A stretch of 64,000 nucleotides of DNA, from contig JADEYG010000007.1 of NCBI GenBank assembly GCA_016906335.1, positions 1,054,001 to 1,118,000 of the forward strand. Reading direction: 5' to 3'. Source of the DNA: Novakomyces olei (lineage: Eukaryota). A program made the translations under genes and the position numbers. A model generated the notes under the pieces. It saw only the letters and a program-made list of their open reading frames with translations. It was not told where the DNA came from and made no database searches. Shown here piece by piece: positions 12,371 to 22,637 of this stretch; positions within the stretch are counted from its first letter, which is position 1, and each line of letters starts with the position of its first letter.

Positions 12371-13069
12371 CTAAAAAACATCCATCTCAACACTTTTGAC
12401 GTCAAAAAATACCGGGTTGGGTGAAAAAAATGTTTCGGTTCCAAACTCGAGTACGCCAAGGTACTCTAGTTGATCATAATCATCGAATATGTCAAGCTTA
12501 AAAGCGCGACTAACAAGTGGCAGTAGATCACCTTGAAAACTGGTAGACTCTGTACGTGAAACCCACGTATATACAGTCTGTTTGCAATCATTGACGCCGA
12601 TATATAGGTCGAATATGAGACCCCCAGCTTCCATAGTAGATCTTTTTCCATCCTCGTAACCGATACAAGAAATGCCGCCCCTCTGTGAAAGCCATACCAT
12701 GATTTCATACTTGCTAAAAACAGTACTAATGCTGTCCTCTTTTCTTTCTGCCAAAAACATGTCAAAGGCTACGTTGCTCCCTGCATTTCCTCGATCGAAT
12801 TGTTCCCAACTAACATTTACAGGGATAGAGTTAATCTTAGAGAGTCTCGCTGGAAGTCCGGATTCAACAAGTCTAACGTTTGGAAACGCGCGTACTATGG
12901 GTTTAGAACTTTTCCAAGCCCATTTCACTTGAAACTGAGGCGGTCGACTTCCATCTTGCCCCGGATATGTTAAAGATAAGGAACCAGTCCCATCATAGCC
13001 CCATTGATTGGCCTGAAGAAGATACTTTCCGACCTTCGCCACGCCGTACTGGCCATCCAATACATTCAT
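12371..13069 (-). CDS. Glycoside hydrolase family 12 (endoglucanase/xyloglucanase-like)
   Basis: NQWG, VRAFPNV, NVAFDMF, YEIMVWL (nucleophile Glu) and FGTETF (acid/base Glu) motifs. Confidence 0.85.
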   Translation of the reverse strand: MNVLDGQYGVAKVGKYLLQANQWGYDGTGSLSLTYPGQDGSRPPQFQVKWAWKSSKPIVRAFPNVRLVESGLPARLSKINSIPVNVSWEQFDRGNAGSNVAFDMFLAERKEDSISTVFSKYEIMVWLSQRGGISCIGYEDGKRSTMEAGGLIFDLYIGVNDCKQTVYTWVSRTESTSFQGDLLPLVSRAFKLDIFDDYDQLEYLGVLEFGTETFFSPNPVFFDVKSVEMDVF

Positions 13070-13511
13070 GGCGCATGCTGCCGTTAAAATAAACTATTAC
13101 ATTAAATAATGTGAGAGATAATACGTAAAAAAGCGGTGAAGTAAAAAATATAGAGTGGCGGGCGGACGAGGGTTGCCAGCAAATCAGCACCGTGGGACCT
13201 ACAAAAACCAAAAAGTTATACATGTTTTCGACAAAGGCGCTTATGCTACAGAGCAACTTGGGCGACGTACAGGTGGAAAAGAAACTTGGCTATTTATACA
13301 TTGACGACCGGTGCTTTTCTAAGGTTAAGGTTTGACGTTTGAAAGCCTAAAAAGTACTCTCTGCATAGAAGTGTCGTAGTTTTCCAAACAATAGTATTAC
13401 CTGAGCGATAGAGTAATGTATGATAGATATGATGATTGACACTTTGGCTCTCCATACATTATTTCTTCACCAATCTGGGGCAAAAGTGGGAGGGAAGCTT
13501 GTCGCGCAAAC

Positions 13512-14842
13512 ATGTGTGTACGGTACGCAATGTCGCTGTCGGAAGAACAGGTGACGGCGGACTTGGGCGGGCAAGGTGCGCAAGTACAGTCGGTACGAGA
13601 CTTTACTTCTTTTCGGCCGAGGTAAGATTGGGAAATGGCAAAAGCGAGCAGGTCTTAATGTGTGTCTCTAGTTACAATGTTCCTCCGGGAGCAGTAGAGC
13701 CTGTATTATACCAGGATCACAGTACCGGGGCGCTTGTTCTTCGCGGAATGAAATGGGGACTTGTTCCCTTTTGGAGCAAACGGGCGCCCGATTATGCGAC
13801 ACTGCTAAAGACAGTGAATACACGGGACGATTCTTTATGGGAGACCAATCGGAGCAGTATGTGGGTGACCATGAAGAACAAGAAGCGGTGTATCGTCCTA
13901 TGCCAGGGCTATTATGAATGGCGGAAAAGTGTGGGCTCTCGGGTAAAGACTCCATACTTCACACGGCACACGGATAGCCGCCTAATGCTCCTGGCGGGGC
14001 TCTATGACGTAGTGCGCTTTGATGAAGGGGAGCCGCTTTACACGTACAGCGTTATAACAACAACGCCTTCCAAGCAAATGCAGTTTCTCCACGATCGAAT
14101 GCCGGCGATCTTAAGGCCCCAAGATGTGGAGACCTGGCTCGATCCTAAACTTGAATGGTGTGGGAAACTGCAGAGCCTTATCCAGCCCTGCCCCGTCGAG
14201 TTGGAGACGTACCCGGTACCACGTGAAGTGGGTAAAGTAGGGAATAACAGTGCAGAGTTTATATTGCCAATAGACTCGCCAGCGCGCAAGTCTAACATTG
14301 CCAACTGGTTCACTGCTGGAAAGGCAGACAAGGGAGGGAAAGCAGAGAGACAGGAAACTGGGAATAAAGAGGATTTGAAGAAAGACCAAGAGGTCGGGAA
14401 AGGGGACGAAAGGGAGAACGAGAAGACAGGCGATCATACTAAGGGCAATGCGACTAAAACTGAACAAACTGTGCATAAAGAGGAGAGCAAGCCTATCAAG
14501 AAAGAGCCGGTGCAGGAAAAACTAGATCCAGCCGATTGGGAAGCAGAGAAGACGGAGAAAGAGAACACAGAAAAAGCAAACACAGAAAAAGAAAGCGCTG
14601 ATAATGATGGCAAGGCAAACATAAAGGACAAACAAAGCAAAACTTGGGCGACGGCGGAAGATAAAGATTTGGCTTTTGCCATTCAACTCTCAAAAGACGA
14701 AGCTTATGCTGCTAGTCAAAAACGGAAGCATGCTGATCAGTCTAGTGCTCGTAAATCTCAGCAAACTAGCGTAGTACAGTCCACGAGTCCCCAAAAGTCG
14801 CGCAAGACTGGCACACCGAAAATAACACAATATTTCAGTTGA
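13512..14842 (+). CDS. HMCES: SRAP-domain abasic-site processing protein (HMCES/YedK family); exon 1 13512-13621, intron 13622-13671
   Basis: Spliced start MCVRY...RPSYNVPP; MKWGLVPFW, KRCIVLCQGYYEW, LAGLYD and FLHDRMPAIL motifs; catalytic Cys2, Glu and His are present. Confidence 0.92.
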
Positions 14843-14892
14843 TGATTGGGATTAGATGTTTAATAATTTCTATTAAATGCTATACATACACG

Positions 14893-15566
14893 TTATGAGG
14901 AAGAGGATGCTGCTGCTGCCTCACGTGCCTCGCGCCGTTCGCGCAATTTTTGTTCTAGACGAATAAACTGCTGCAGACTTGGACTCAGGTCCTGAATAAT
15001 ATCACGTTTAACCTGCCTTTCATCCTGTAGATCGGGTGGCAGTGCAGCCCCGGTTGAAAGAGCACTATCCCGTGCAAGTATACGCTTATTCCGCCAGTCC
15101 TCAACATCGTCCCGGTACAGGTCCCACACGCAAATACCGCACCCAGACATACAGCAATTATCCGGCTCTTCTGGCTTGGCAGGTATTTTGACACCGGCCA
15201 CTATGCGCTCAAAAGCTTCCGGGTCCCTCCTTTCCCGGGTTGGACCGGCAAGTGGAGAGTTGAATGTGATACTGGGACCGCCTTCTTCTTCTTCACGCTC
15301 TTCAGCTTGTTCGAGAGCGTGCCGGCGGGAGTCCCATTCCTGAGCCTGCCGTAGTGGCTGCGCTTGAATGACTATAAAGTTTGATTAAAATGAATTTTAA
15401 ATAAAGGAGGAAAAGAGTGGTAGTTTTGCGTACGATCATAGAAAGAATTTAAGCTTTTGGCACTGTTGAAAAAGTGAAACTGCCGTTTCCGGCAGCCCGT
15501 GTGGGTCCGCGTGGTAATGTGCCATTGTGGCAGTGTGCGCAAGGCACACTGCCGCAATGGTCTCAT
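14893..15566 (-). CDS. Oxidoreductase-like domain protein (OXLD1/UPF0651 type), probably mitochondrial; intron approx. 15372-15433
   Basis: IPAKPEEPDNCCMSGCGICVWDLYRDD motif; Arg-rich presequence in the upstream exon. Confidence 0.8.
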
Positions 15567-16117
15567 CCTGATTATGTAGTTTGCTGCAAAGTGACTAGAT
15601 TATGTCATTTGTGCGTCTCTGCCGACCGTTTGATCGTACGGATTAAAATACGAGAATATTTAATATTGAATAGTACAATGGAGGGAGGTACTTAGCTCTG
15701 TTAAAAGTATGGTTTGGCAGGACTGCAAAAGTAGTGTATTTATTACAGTGCTCGAGTATACATGAAAGCTGCCAAAGTACTAAAAGCCAAGGAAGGTTAT
15801 GGCCATGAGAAATAAATCAGAGAGTATACTGTGGAACATTAAAGTACCAGTTTCGTCCGTCCTTATAACTTTAGCAAGTATATTATGGCACACAGACTCA
15901 GATTTTTCATTCCACATCTCTCTATACACAGTGAGATACATTTTATCTAGTTTATATCCAAATAGTTTCGCAAGTGATACATGTATACATAGTACATGCA
16001 GAGCGGGACCGTACGCAACTCGAGACCTTGCAACTCCGTTAGAGGCTCTGCGCCCAGCGTCGTACATTATTTTGCTGCAATTTCGGTGGTGTCAAGTGCT
16101 TCAAGACAAAGGGCACG

Positions 16118-19100
16118 ATGAATGCGGCTGGGGACGACGAGATTTGCCGTGTTTGCCGGAGCGAAGGCACAGCACAATCCCCTCTGTTCCATCCCTGGTA
16201 GGGAGCTTTTTTGGCATGAGCCGGGTAGAGGCTAACTTTGTGCAGCAAATGTAGTGGAAGCATTAGATACATTCACCAAGACTGGTACGATTCTCAATCC
16301 TTGAAATCCCGCGTCTAACTCTTAGTCTGATGGAATGGCTGCGGCACAGTCAGAAACGGCACTGCGAGCTGTGCAAGACACCGTTCAAATTCACAAAATG
16401 TATGATTGCAGTTCCTTCATTGTGTTGGCTTTTAACCGTTTAATTTTGCATAACCGTTTAATCTTTTAAAATATTGTTTCGAGATTGTTGTATTGTTTTA
16501 ATGTCTTTGCTTATTTTCATGTCCTAATTGCCAGTATACTCTGATGATATGCCATCTAAACTTCCGTTTCCCGTATTCCTTGTCAAAATAGCGAGCAAAA
16601 TTCGACGCAACGTATCCTTTGGTTTACGCTGTTTACTCGTATGTACATTATGGCTAGTTTATCTACCCTGGTCGACTCAACAGGCGTGGCGCTACAGTAT
16701 AGCTCTGGGCGATGCGCCGAGCACGGCTGTTTCGAACCACGCGGCAAACGAATCAGCCGAGTTCTCCTCACCGGCAAACTCTCAAGCGCCTCTTTCTTCG
16801 ACAGAAGGATTTTTGCCCTATGCAAATATTACTCAGTACGCGGGCATAAACTCGTTTATTAAACATGTGCTGGAGGGTTACATCATCACAGCAGTCATGG
16901 CCGTTATGTTTATCGTAATATTTCTGGTCCGCGAATGGGTCATGCAAAATGCGCTGGGTATTCTGGACGAGAATATGCCTGTTATGGTGGCCAATGAAGA
17001 AGGCCAGATTGCCCGACCTTTAGACAATGCAGCAGCTGCTGCTGCCGCGGCTGCTGCTCTACAGCCCGCAGCAGATAATCCTGATCGTAATGCAGGAGGA
17101 GACGAAAGAGCTCCGGCTGCTTACACGGATGAGGAACGAGAGTTTCATGTAGCAGAACGCGGAGTGCTGGGGAATGGAAATGTACCCGATCGTCCGCCTA
17201 TACCAATGTCTCTCCAGGATGAAAACCTGGCTGCTCAATTTAATGCTCAAGAAGCAGTCGAGAATCGTATGCGATTAGAGCAGATACGGAGAGCTCATCG
17301 CTTGAGCAATAATAATTTTAATAATAATGATTTAAGTAATGATTTAAATAACAACACTGGTTCTGGTGAAGAAGAAGAGCAAGGTGAAGAGGAATCGGAA
17401 GATGATGATAGCGACTACGAAGACCGTCCAGCAATTAATACTGAGCAAGGAGAGGACTTGGGTACTCGACTCAACCGTTTGAGGCAGGATCAAGGCGAAG
17501 ATATAATAAACCACCCTGAGAGAATTCAAGCCATTTTGGATCAGGCGCTCGATGAAAGGCTTGGGCAGATAGAACGTGATCGGGCTCAAGTAGCGGCTGT
17601 TCAGAGGCAAATTCAGAATTTAGCAGAAGGCAGACAAAGAATAATCGAGATTGAGCGTCAGGGCAATAACAACAACAATAACAACAATTTCGGCGATTTT
17701 GACGAAGTTGGAGACGAGTTGGACGGGCTATTTGAGCTAGTTGGGTTGCGTGGGCCCATGATAGCTCTGTACCAAAACATATTGCTGATAAACATACTTA
17801 CCTGGGCGGTGCTCTTTTTCTTTTTAACAGTGCCCGGCTTAATTGGCAAATTTTCATTAGCGTTTCTGCTGAAATCTCCTGTAGGATTTTTTACGGCTCC
17901 TGTGCGTATTTTCACATGGGCCTTGAAATCGGCTTTCCGCAGAATTGTCATGAAGCCCGTGGTTGAATGTATCAGTTTGCCGATTAGAATTCTGGAAAAA
18001 GTTTCGCTTGCTCCTACAGCGCTCCGTGTTAGCTATGGACGAGAATTGTTGGCGGGTAAATTACACTGGCAAGGATTTAAAGATAATATCTGTGCTGTTG
18101 TGTCTTATAGCGGCATTTCTCATACATTTATCGGCCAAGCCTGGGCTCAGTCGCTTACCGGTTGGAGCATGGTCGCAAATACGCTTGGCGCTATTGAGAA
18201 ACGGGGTACTGGGTTCAATAAGACAGTTTACGATCGGCTGATTGCTCTCGGGGCTGGGTACACTTCTTGTGGTATACTACTGGCTATCTATATGAGAAGC
18301 AGTCCAATCATCTCTCAGGAGAGCAGTCATACCCGACTACGAGAAGCGGAAAGTCTTTTCCGCGACACGACAAGGCAGTTTGGCACGATTGCAAAGTTTG
18401 TTTTTATCCTTTCCATTGAACTGGTTCTTTTCCCATTCTTTTGTGGTGTCCTTTTACTGGGCTCGCTTGTGGATATATTCGGCGATGGATCTACTCACAG
18501 GGCCTGGGAGTTTGTATCTGCCTACCCAATAACCTGCTTCTTCCTTCACTGGTTTGTCGGGACGGTTTATATGTTCCATTTTGCTATGTTTGTATCCATG
18601 TGCAGGGAAATTGTTCGGCCCGGTGTATTGTTCTTCATTCGTGATCCCAATGACCCCCAAAATCATCCTGTCAAGGAGATCTTGGACCGGCCAATATCCA
18701 CACAGATCCGCAAAATTGGTATAAGCGCAGTCTTTTACGCGGTCCTTATTGTCGGGTGCATCGGCTTTGCCGTCAAATTTGTCAAATTTGCAATGCCGGG
18801 TATCCTGCCACTTCAGTTTTATACGTCCTTCCCTATATTCGAAATACCCATCGATATGATTTGCTTCCAGCTCATCGTTCCCTTTTTAAAACGCGTTTTC
18901 CGGCCCTCGGCCATGCTTAAACGGTTATCGGCCGCTATCTTGTCTCGGCTGAGTGAGTCTTTGCGTTTATCTTCCTTTATCTTTGGTGGCCGGTATCGTA
19001 TGGAAGAAGGCAGGCACGTCGCACGCACTTGGAGGGCCTTTTTATTGCGAGAGAAAGGCGATGTATTGCACCCAGTGAATGGCAGTACACTGCTGAACAA

Positions 19101-20241
19101 CGAAGACGATGGAGGAGGACAGGACCAAGTCTATTTCGTCAAGGACGGATCATTCTTAAAGGCTCCCTCGTACGACAGTGTCCCCACACGTCGGCGTATG
19201 TTGCACCCTGTAACAGAAATCGGAGAGCCCCTGGATGACTATGGTCGGCAGCACGTGGCCAATGATCCCAACTATGCAGTTGTATACGTCCCTCCGCACT
19301 TTAGGCTGCGGATAGTACTGTACCTGTTCCTCGTGTGGGTTGCTGCTTCTCTTACCGGGTACGCTATCCTGATTGGCCCCCTGTTCGTTGGGAGATTACT
19401 CTTCCGGTTTTTCATGCCCAATGTTCCCATGCACGATTTGTACTCTCTTGCCCTGGGCTACTCGGCCATTGCTCTTGTTGTGCAGGCACACAGGTCGGCG
19501 AAGGAGGCCTTTTTGGCTCTGCATAATAAAAGCGTTAGCCTTGGGACAGTGCTCAAAGTCGGCAGTGTTTGCACCGTTAAATGGACCATTTTAGCCGCTG
19601 TGTTTTTTATAACTATTCCCCTCACGATTGGACTTGTATGGGAATCTTATGTGCTGGTACCTTGCTTGCTTTTCCTTCAGGCAAAGCCACAGGTTGTCCA
19701 CGTTCCACACGACTGGGCATTCGGGTTTTTTGTCTTGAAAATCGCCGTGCAATTGATTCTGGCCGGACCGGATAATGCGATCTCGCGTATGATCCAAAAT
19801 GTTGTAGCGGACGGTTGGACACGGCCGCGAATCAAGCAAGTAGTTTTAAAAGCCGGACTTCCACTCGTGCTTGTCCTGCTCAGTTTGCTCGTAATTCCAT
19901 CGGCCTCTATTATCTTTATAAAGCAGGCAATGCCACGATCGTCGGAGGCATTTTTCAGAAATGTTTTAACCTTCTTTGTGTACTACAAGGCAAAGACAAA
20001 AGTACAAAATATGGGCGGCGAGGAGCTACTGCACGTCGTAAACATCCTGGCCTACCCGACGTTTGCACTATTCCTGCTACAAGTGGCAAACGTTGTTGCC
20101 GTAAAATGGGTTTTGGACAAGTGCCGCCAGGTAATCCAGGACGAAGTCTACCTCGTGGGCGAGCAGTTACACAATTACGACGAGGACGGACCGGACCGGG
20201 CCTTTGTACATTTAGAAGATACGCACAACCGCGTTCTGTGA
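16118..20241 (+). CDS. DOA10: ERAD E3 ubiquitin ligase Doa10/Ssm4 (MARCH6); three short 5' exons encode the RING-CH domain
   Basis: Spliced [53 protein letters not shown]4-Doa10 motif [19 protein letters not shown]-terminal [12 protein letters not shown]. Confidence 0.93.
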
Positions 20242-20419
20242 TACTTGAAATAATGATGATTCGAGGTTGAACGTAGTCCGTTTTGTATGGGAAATGTAGG
20301 CTGCATAGCGATTGTATCGTCTCCCGTCTTTATGCATGTTTAGACCTAGTCCATTTTCACAGTTGCCGTTTCAATTTCAATTATCTCGGCAATACCTTTG
20401 TATAGGTGCGATATTGTAA

Positions 20420-20505
20420 TTATTTTTTTTAATATTTTTTTTTTATTTATTTTTAATATTTATTTTTAATATTTATTTTTAATATTTATTTTTAATATTT
20501 ATTTT
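20420..20505. repeat. Tandem repeat, approx. 13-nt unit tttttaatattta
   Basis: Directly visible copies. Confidence 0.8.
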
Positions 20506-20590
20506 AGATATTCCTTTTATATATTGTGGTCAATTCCGTGTCTGATCAACTTTTCCTATTTCACAATACCATCTATCCTCTATCAATACA

Positions 20591-21499
20591 CTACTTCATT
20601 GCCAGGACCATACCGTCAAAAGCAGGCGCTGCTCTACACCGCAACCCTCCCTCGGCATGCATCCGTCCAAGTCTCGTCTCCAACTCGTAATGGTCCACCA
20701 GGTGAGAAAACCCTGTGAAATAAACTGCCCGCGGTTGTACTTGCAGACTGTTTGCGTAGTCGACAGCCTGACGGATAGACAGGTGCGAAGGATGGGTCGC
20801 GTCTTTTAACGCGTCCAGTACAACCACATCAGACCCCTCTACGCGATCAAGCACTGCCTGTGAAATAAAAGAGGCGTCTGAAATATAGGAAAAGTCGCCG
20901 ACACGGAATCCCCAACAGTAGAATGGCCGCCGATCATTATCGTGAGTAAAATACTGCCCATGTTCCACAGGCAACACTTGCACCCGTGTGCCCCACACGG
21001 GTGCAAGGCTGAAAAAAGGCTCAGTCTCTTCGATTATATGAAATACAAAGGAAGGCAGGTCTCCACCTCCAGTTGCCGCCTTGGCTGAGCGCATGTACTC
21101 GGGCACACTGGCAAAAGTGGTGCGGGATAAGTATACATCAATACTCGTCTGTGTACGGCCGCCGAGCGTCCACGCCCGGCAATCGTCTAATCCGCCCATT
21201 GCGTCCATGTGCGCGTGCGTAAGCAGCAGAGCATCAATGCGCCGGATTCCGTTAGGAGGGAAATGAGCCAGTGCAGATTCATAAAAGTTCTTCCCGCAGT
21301 CAATCACGATCCAACGTGTTTCCTGCCCTTTCCTTACCTGCAGCACACAGCCCGTATTACGCCGCCGATTCTTGCGGCCCGCCTCTGTCACACTCGACGC
21401 ACATACACGACAAACCTGCGGTTCCGCTGTGAGACACGTTACATTGGGTACGGAGGAAGACGTGCCTGTGCCGAGAAACACTACCTTTTCCAGGCTCAT
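20591..21499 (-). CDS. Metallo-beta-lactamase-fold hydrolase (PhnP-like)
   Basis: FLGTGTSSSVP, IVIDCGK, LLTHAHMDAMGGLDD, YISD and HPSH motifs. Confidence 0.88.
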   Translation of the reverse strand: MSLEKVVFLGTGTSSSVPNVTCLTAEPQVCRVCASSVTEAGRKNRRRNTGCVLQVRKGQETRWIVIDCGKNFYESALAHFPPNGIRRIDALLLTHAHMDAMGGLDDCRAWTLGGRTQTSIDVYLSRTTFASVPEYMRSAKAATGGGDLPSFVFHIIEETEPFFSLAPVWGTRVQVLPVEHGQYFTHDNDRRPFYCWGFRVGDFSYISDASFISQAVLDRVEGSDVVVLDALKDATHPSHLSIRQAVDYANSLQVQPRAVYFTGFSHLVDHYELETRLGRMHAEGGLRCRAAPAFDGMVLAMK

Positions 21500-21554
21500 G
21501 TCAATCGCGACTCGTACAGTTTGAACCAGAAATGTAAGGTTTAGAATAAATATA

Positions 21555-21850
21555 TATTACTCGTACTTTGTACTACTTTTTACTAATTTAACTACTTTGT
21601 ACCGTATTTTGTTTTACTTTGTCCACTTTTAACTCCCTGTACTGTGTTTACTTTGTCCTACTTTTCGCTACTTTGTACCGTATTTTGTTTTACTTTGTCC
21701 ACTTTTAACTCCCTGTACTGTGTTTTGTCCTACTTTGTCCTACTTTTCACTACTTTGTACCGTATTTTGTCTTACTTTGTCCCACCTTTTACTTTTTACT
21801 GTATTTTGTCCCACTTTTTACCACTTTCTACTACTTTTACTACTTGTATC
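21555..21850. repeat. Pyrimidine-rich degenerate minisatellite (tactttgt(a)cc.. / gtattttgt..) with higher-order duplication
   Basis: Directly visible; the approx. 55-nt block ctactttgtaccgtattttgttttactttgtccacttttaactccctgtactgtg occurs twice. Confidence 0.8.
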
Positions 21851-22220
21851 CAATAAGCGTTTACCACATTAACCATTTGAACGTTATATCCCATCTGACG
21901 CTATAGGCGTGCACCATTGACACTTTGACTCCACACATTCACTCCGTCATACTTTGCACTATACTCGTACTTTACAAACTTTTGTTTGTGCGCCAGTACA
22001 TTGCGAGAAATTATCTACACTTTCTAATCCACCATTTTGTACTGATATTCGACGCTGGTATTAATTTATTTAATCCATATACATTAATTTGGCAATCCAG
22101 TCCGCCTAATAAAAGTTCAAAAGGCTCCATATTTACGTGATGGACGATGCACAAGGCGCGAACAATGTAAGACGAGGGGCCGTGTGATGTTCATTTTGCG
22201 CAACTGCAAAGCCGGCGCGT

Positions 22221-22606
22221 ATGGAGAGCTATTCCGACACTTCAAGCTATGGCACTTCGCCGAGCTCTGCAACCTCATCCGTCCTCGCAGCACACGGCCG
22301 CAATGAGCCGACCTTAAAGCTCGGCAAAGTTTCCTCCGCGACTGCTCTTGATGCCGGCGATGCGAGACTGAGCCACAGCTATACTCGGCCCGTTGAGAGC
22401 CTGCCCGTCTCTTACTTGGCCACGGAAGATGTATCTTGACTCTGTGAACTTTGTGCAAGAACTAATGTTTAGCTGGACGATATACTCAACAAACTGGAGA
22501 TTGAAAGCAAAATCAAGGAAGGAGCGGAGAATTTGTTGCAGGCAAGTCTAACCAGTGCTTATTGAAATCTTTTTGTCGGACTTTTATTTTATTATTTTAT
22601 TATTTT

Positions 22607-22637
<31 letters not shown>

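Noticed and set aside
4101-15566. Cluster of mitochondrial genes (SDH2, CYC1, FMP52, OXLD1) as a functional cluster
   Set aside because: Interspersed with unrelated genes, so compatible with chance
21195-21225. HAHMDA instead of HxHxDH as an inactivated metallo-beta-lactamase
   Set aside because: As I recall, HxHxDA is the usual form in this eukaryotic PhnP-like subfamily, so it is not evidence of decay
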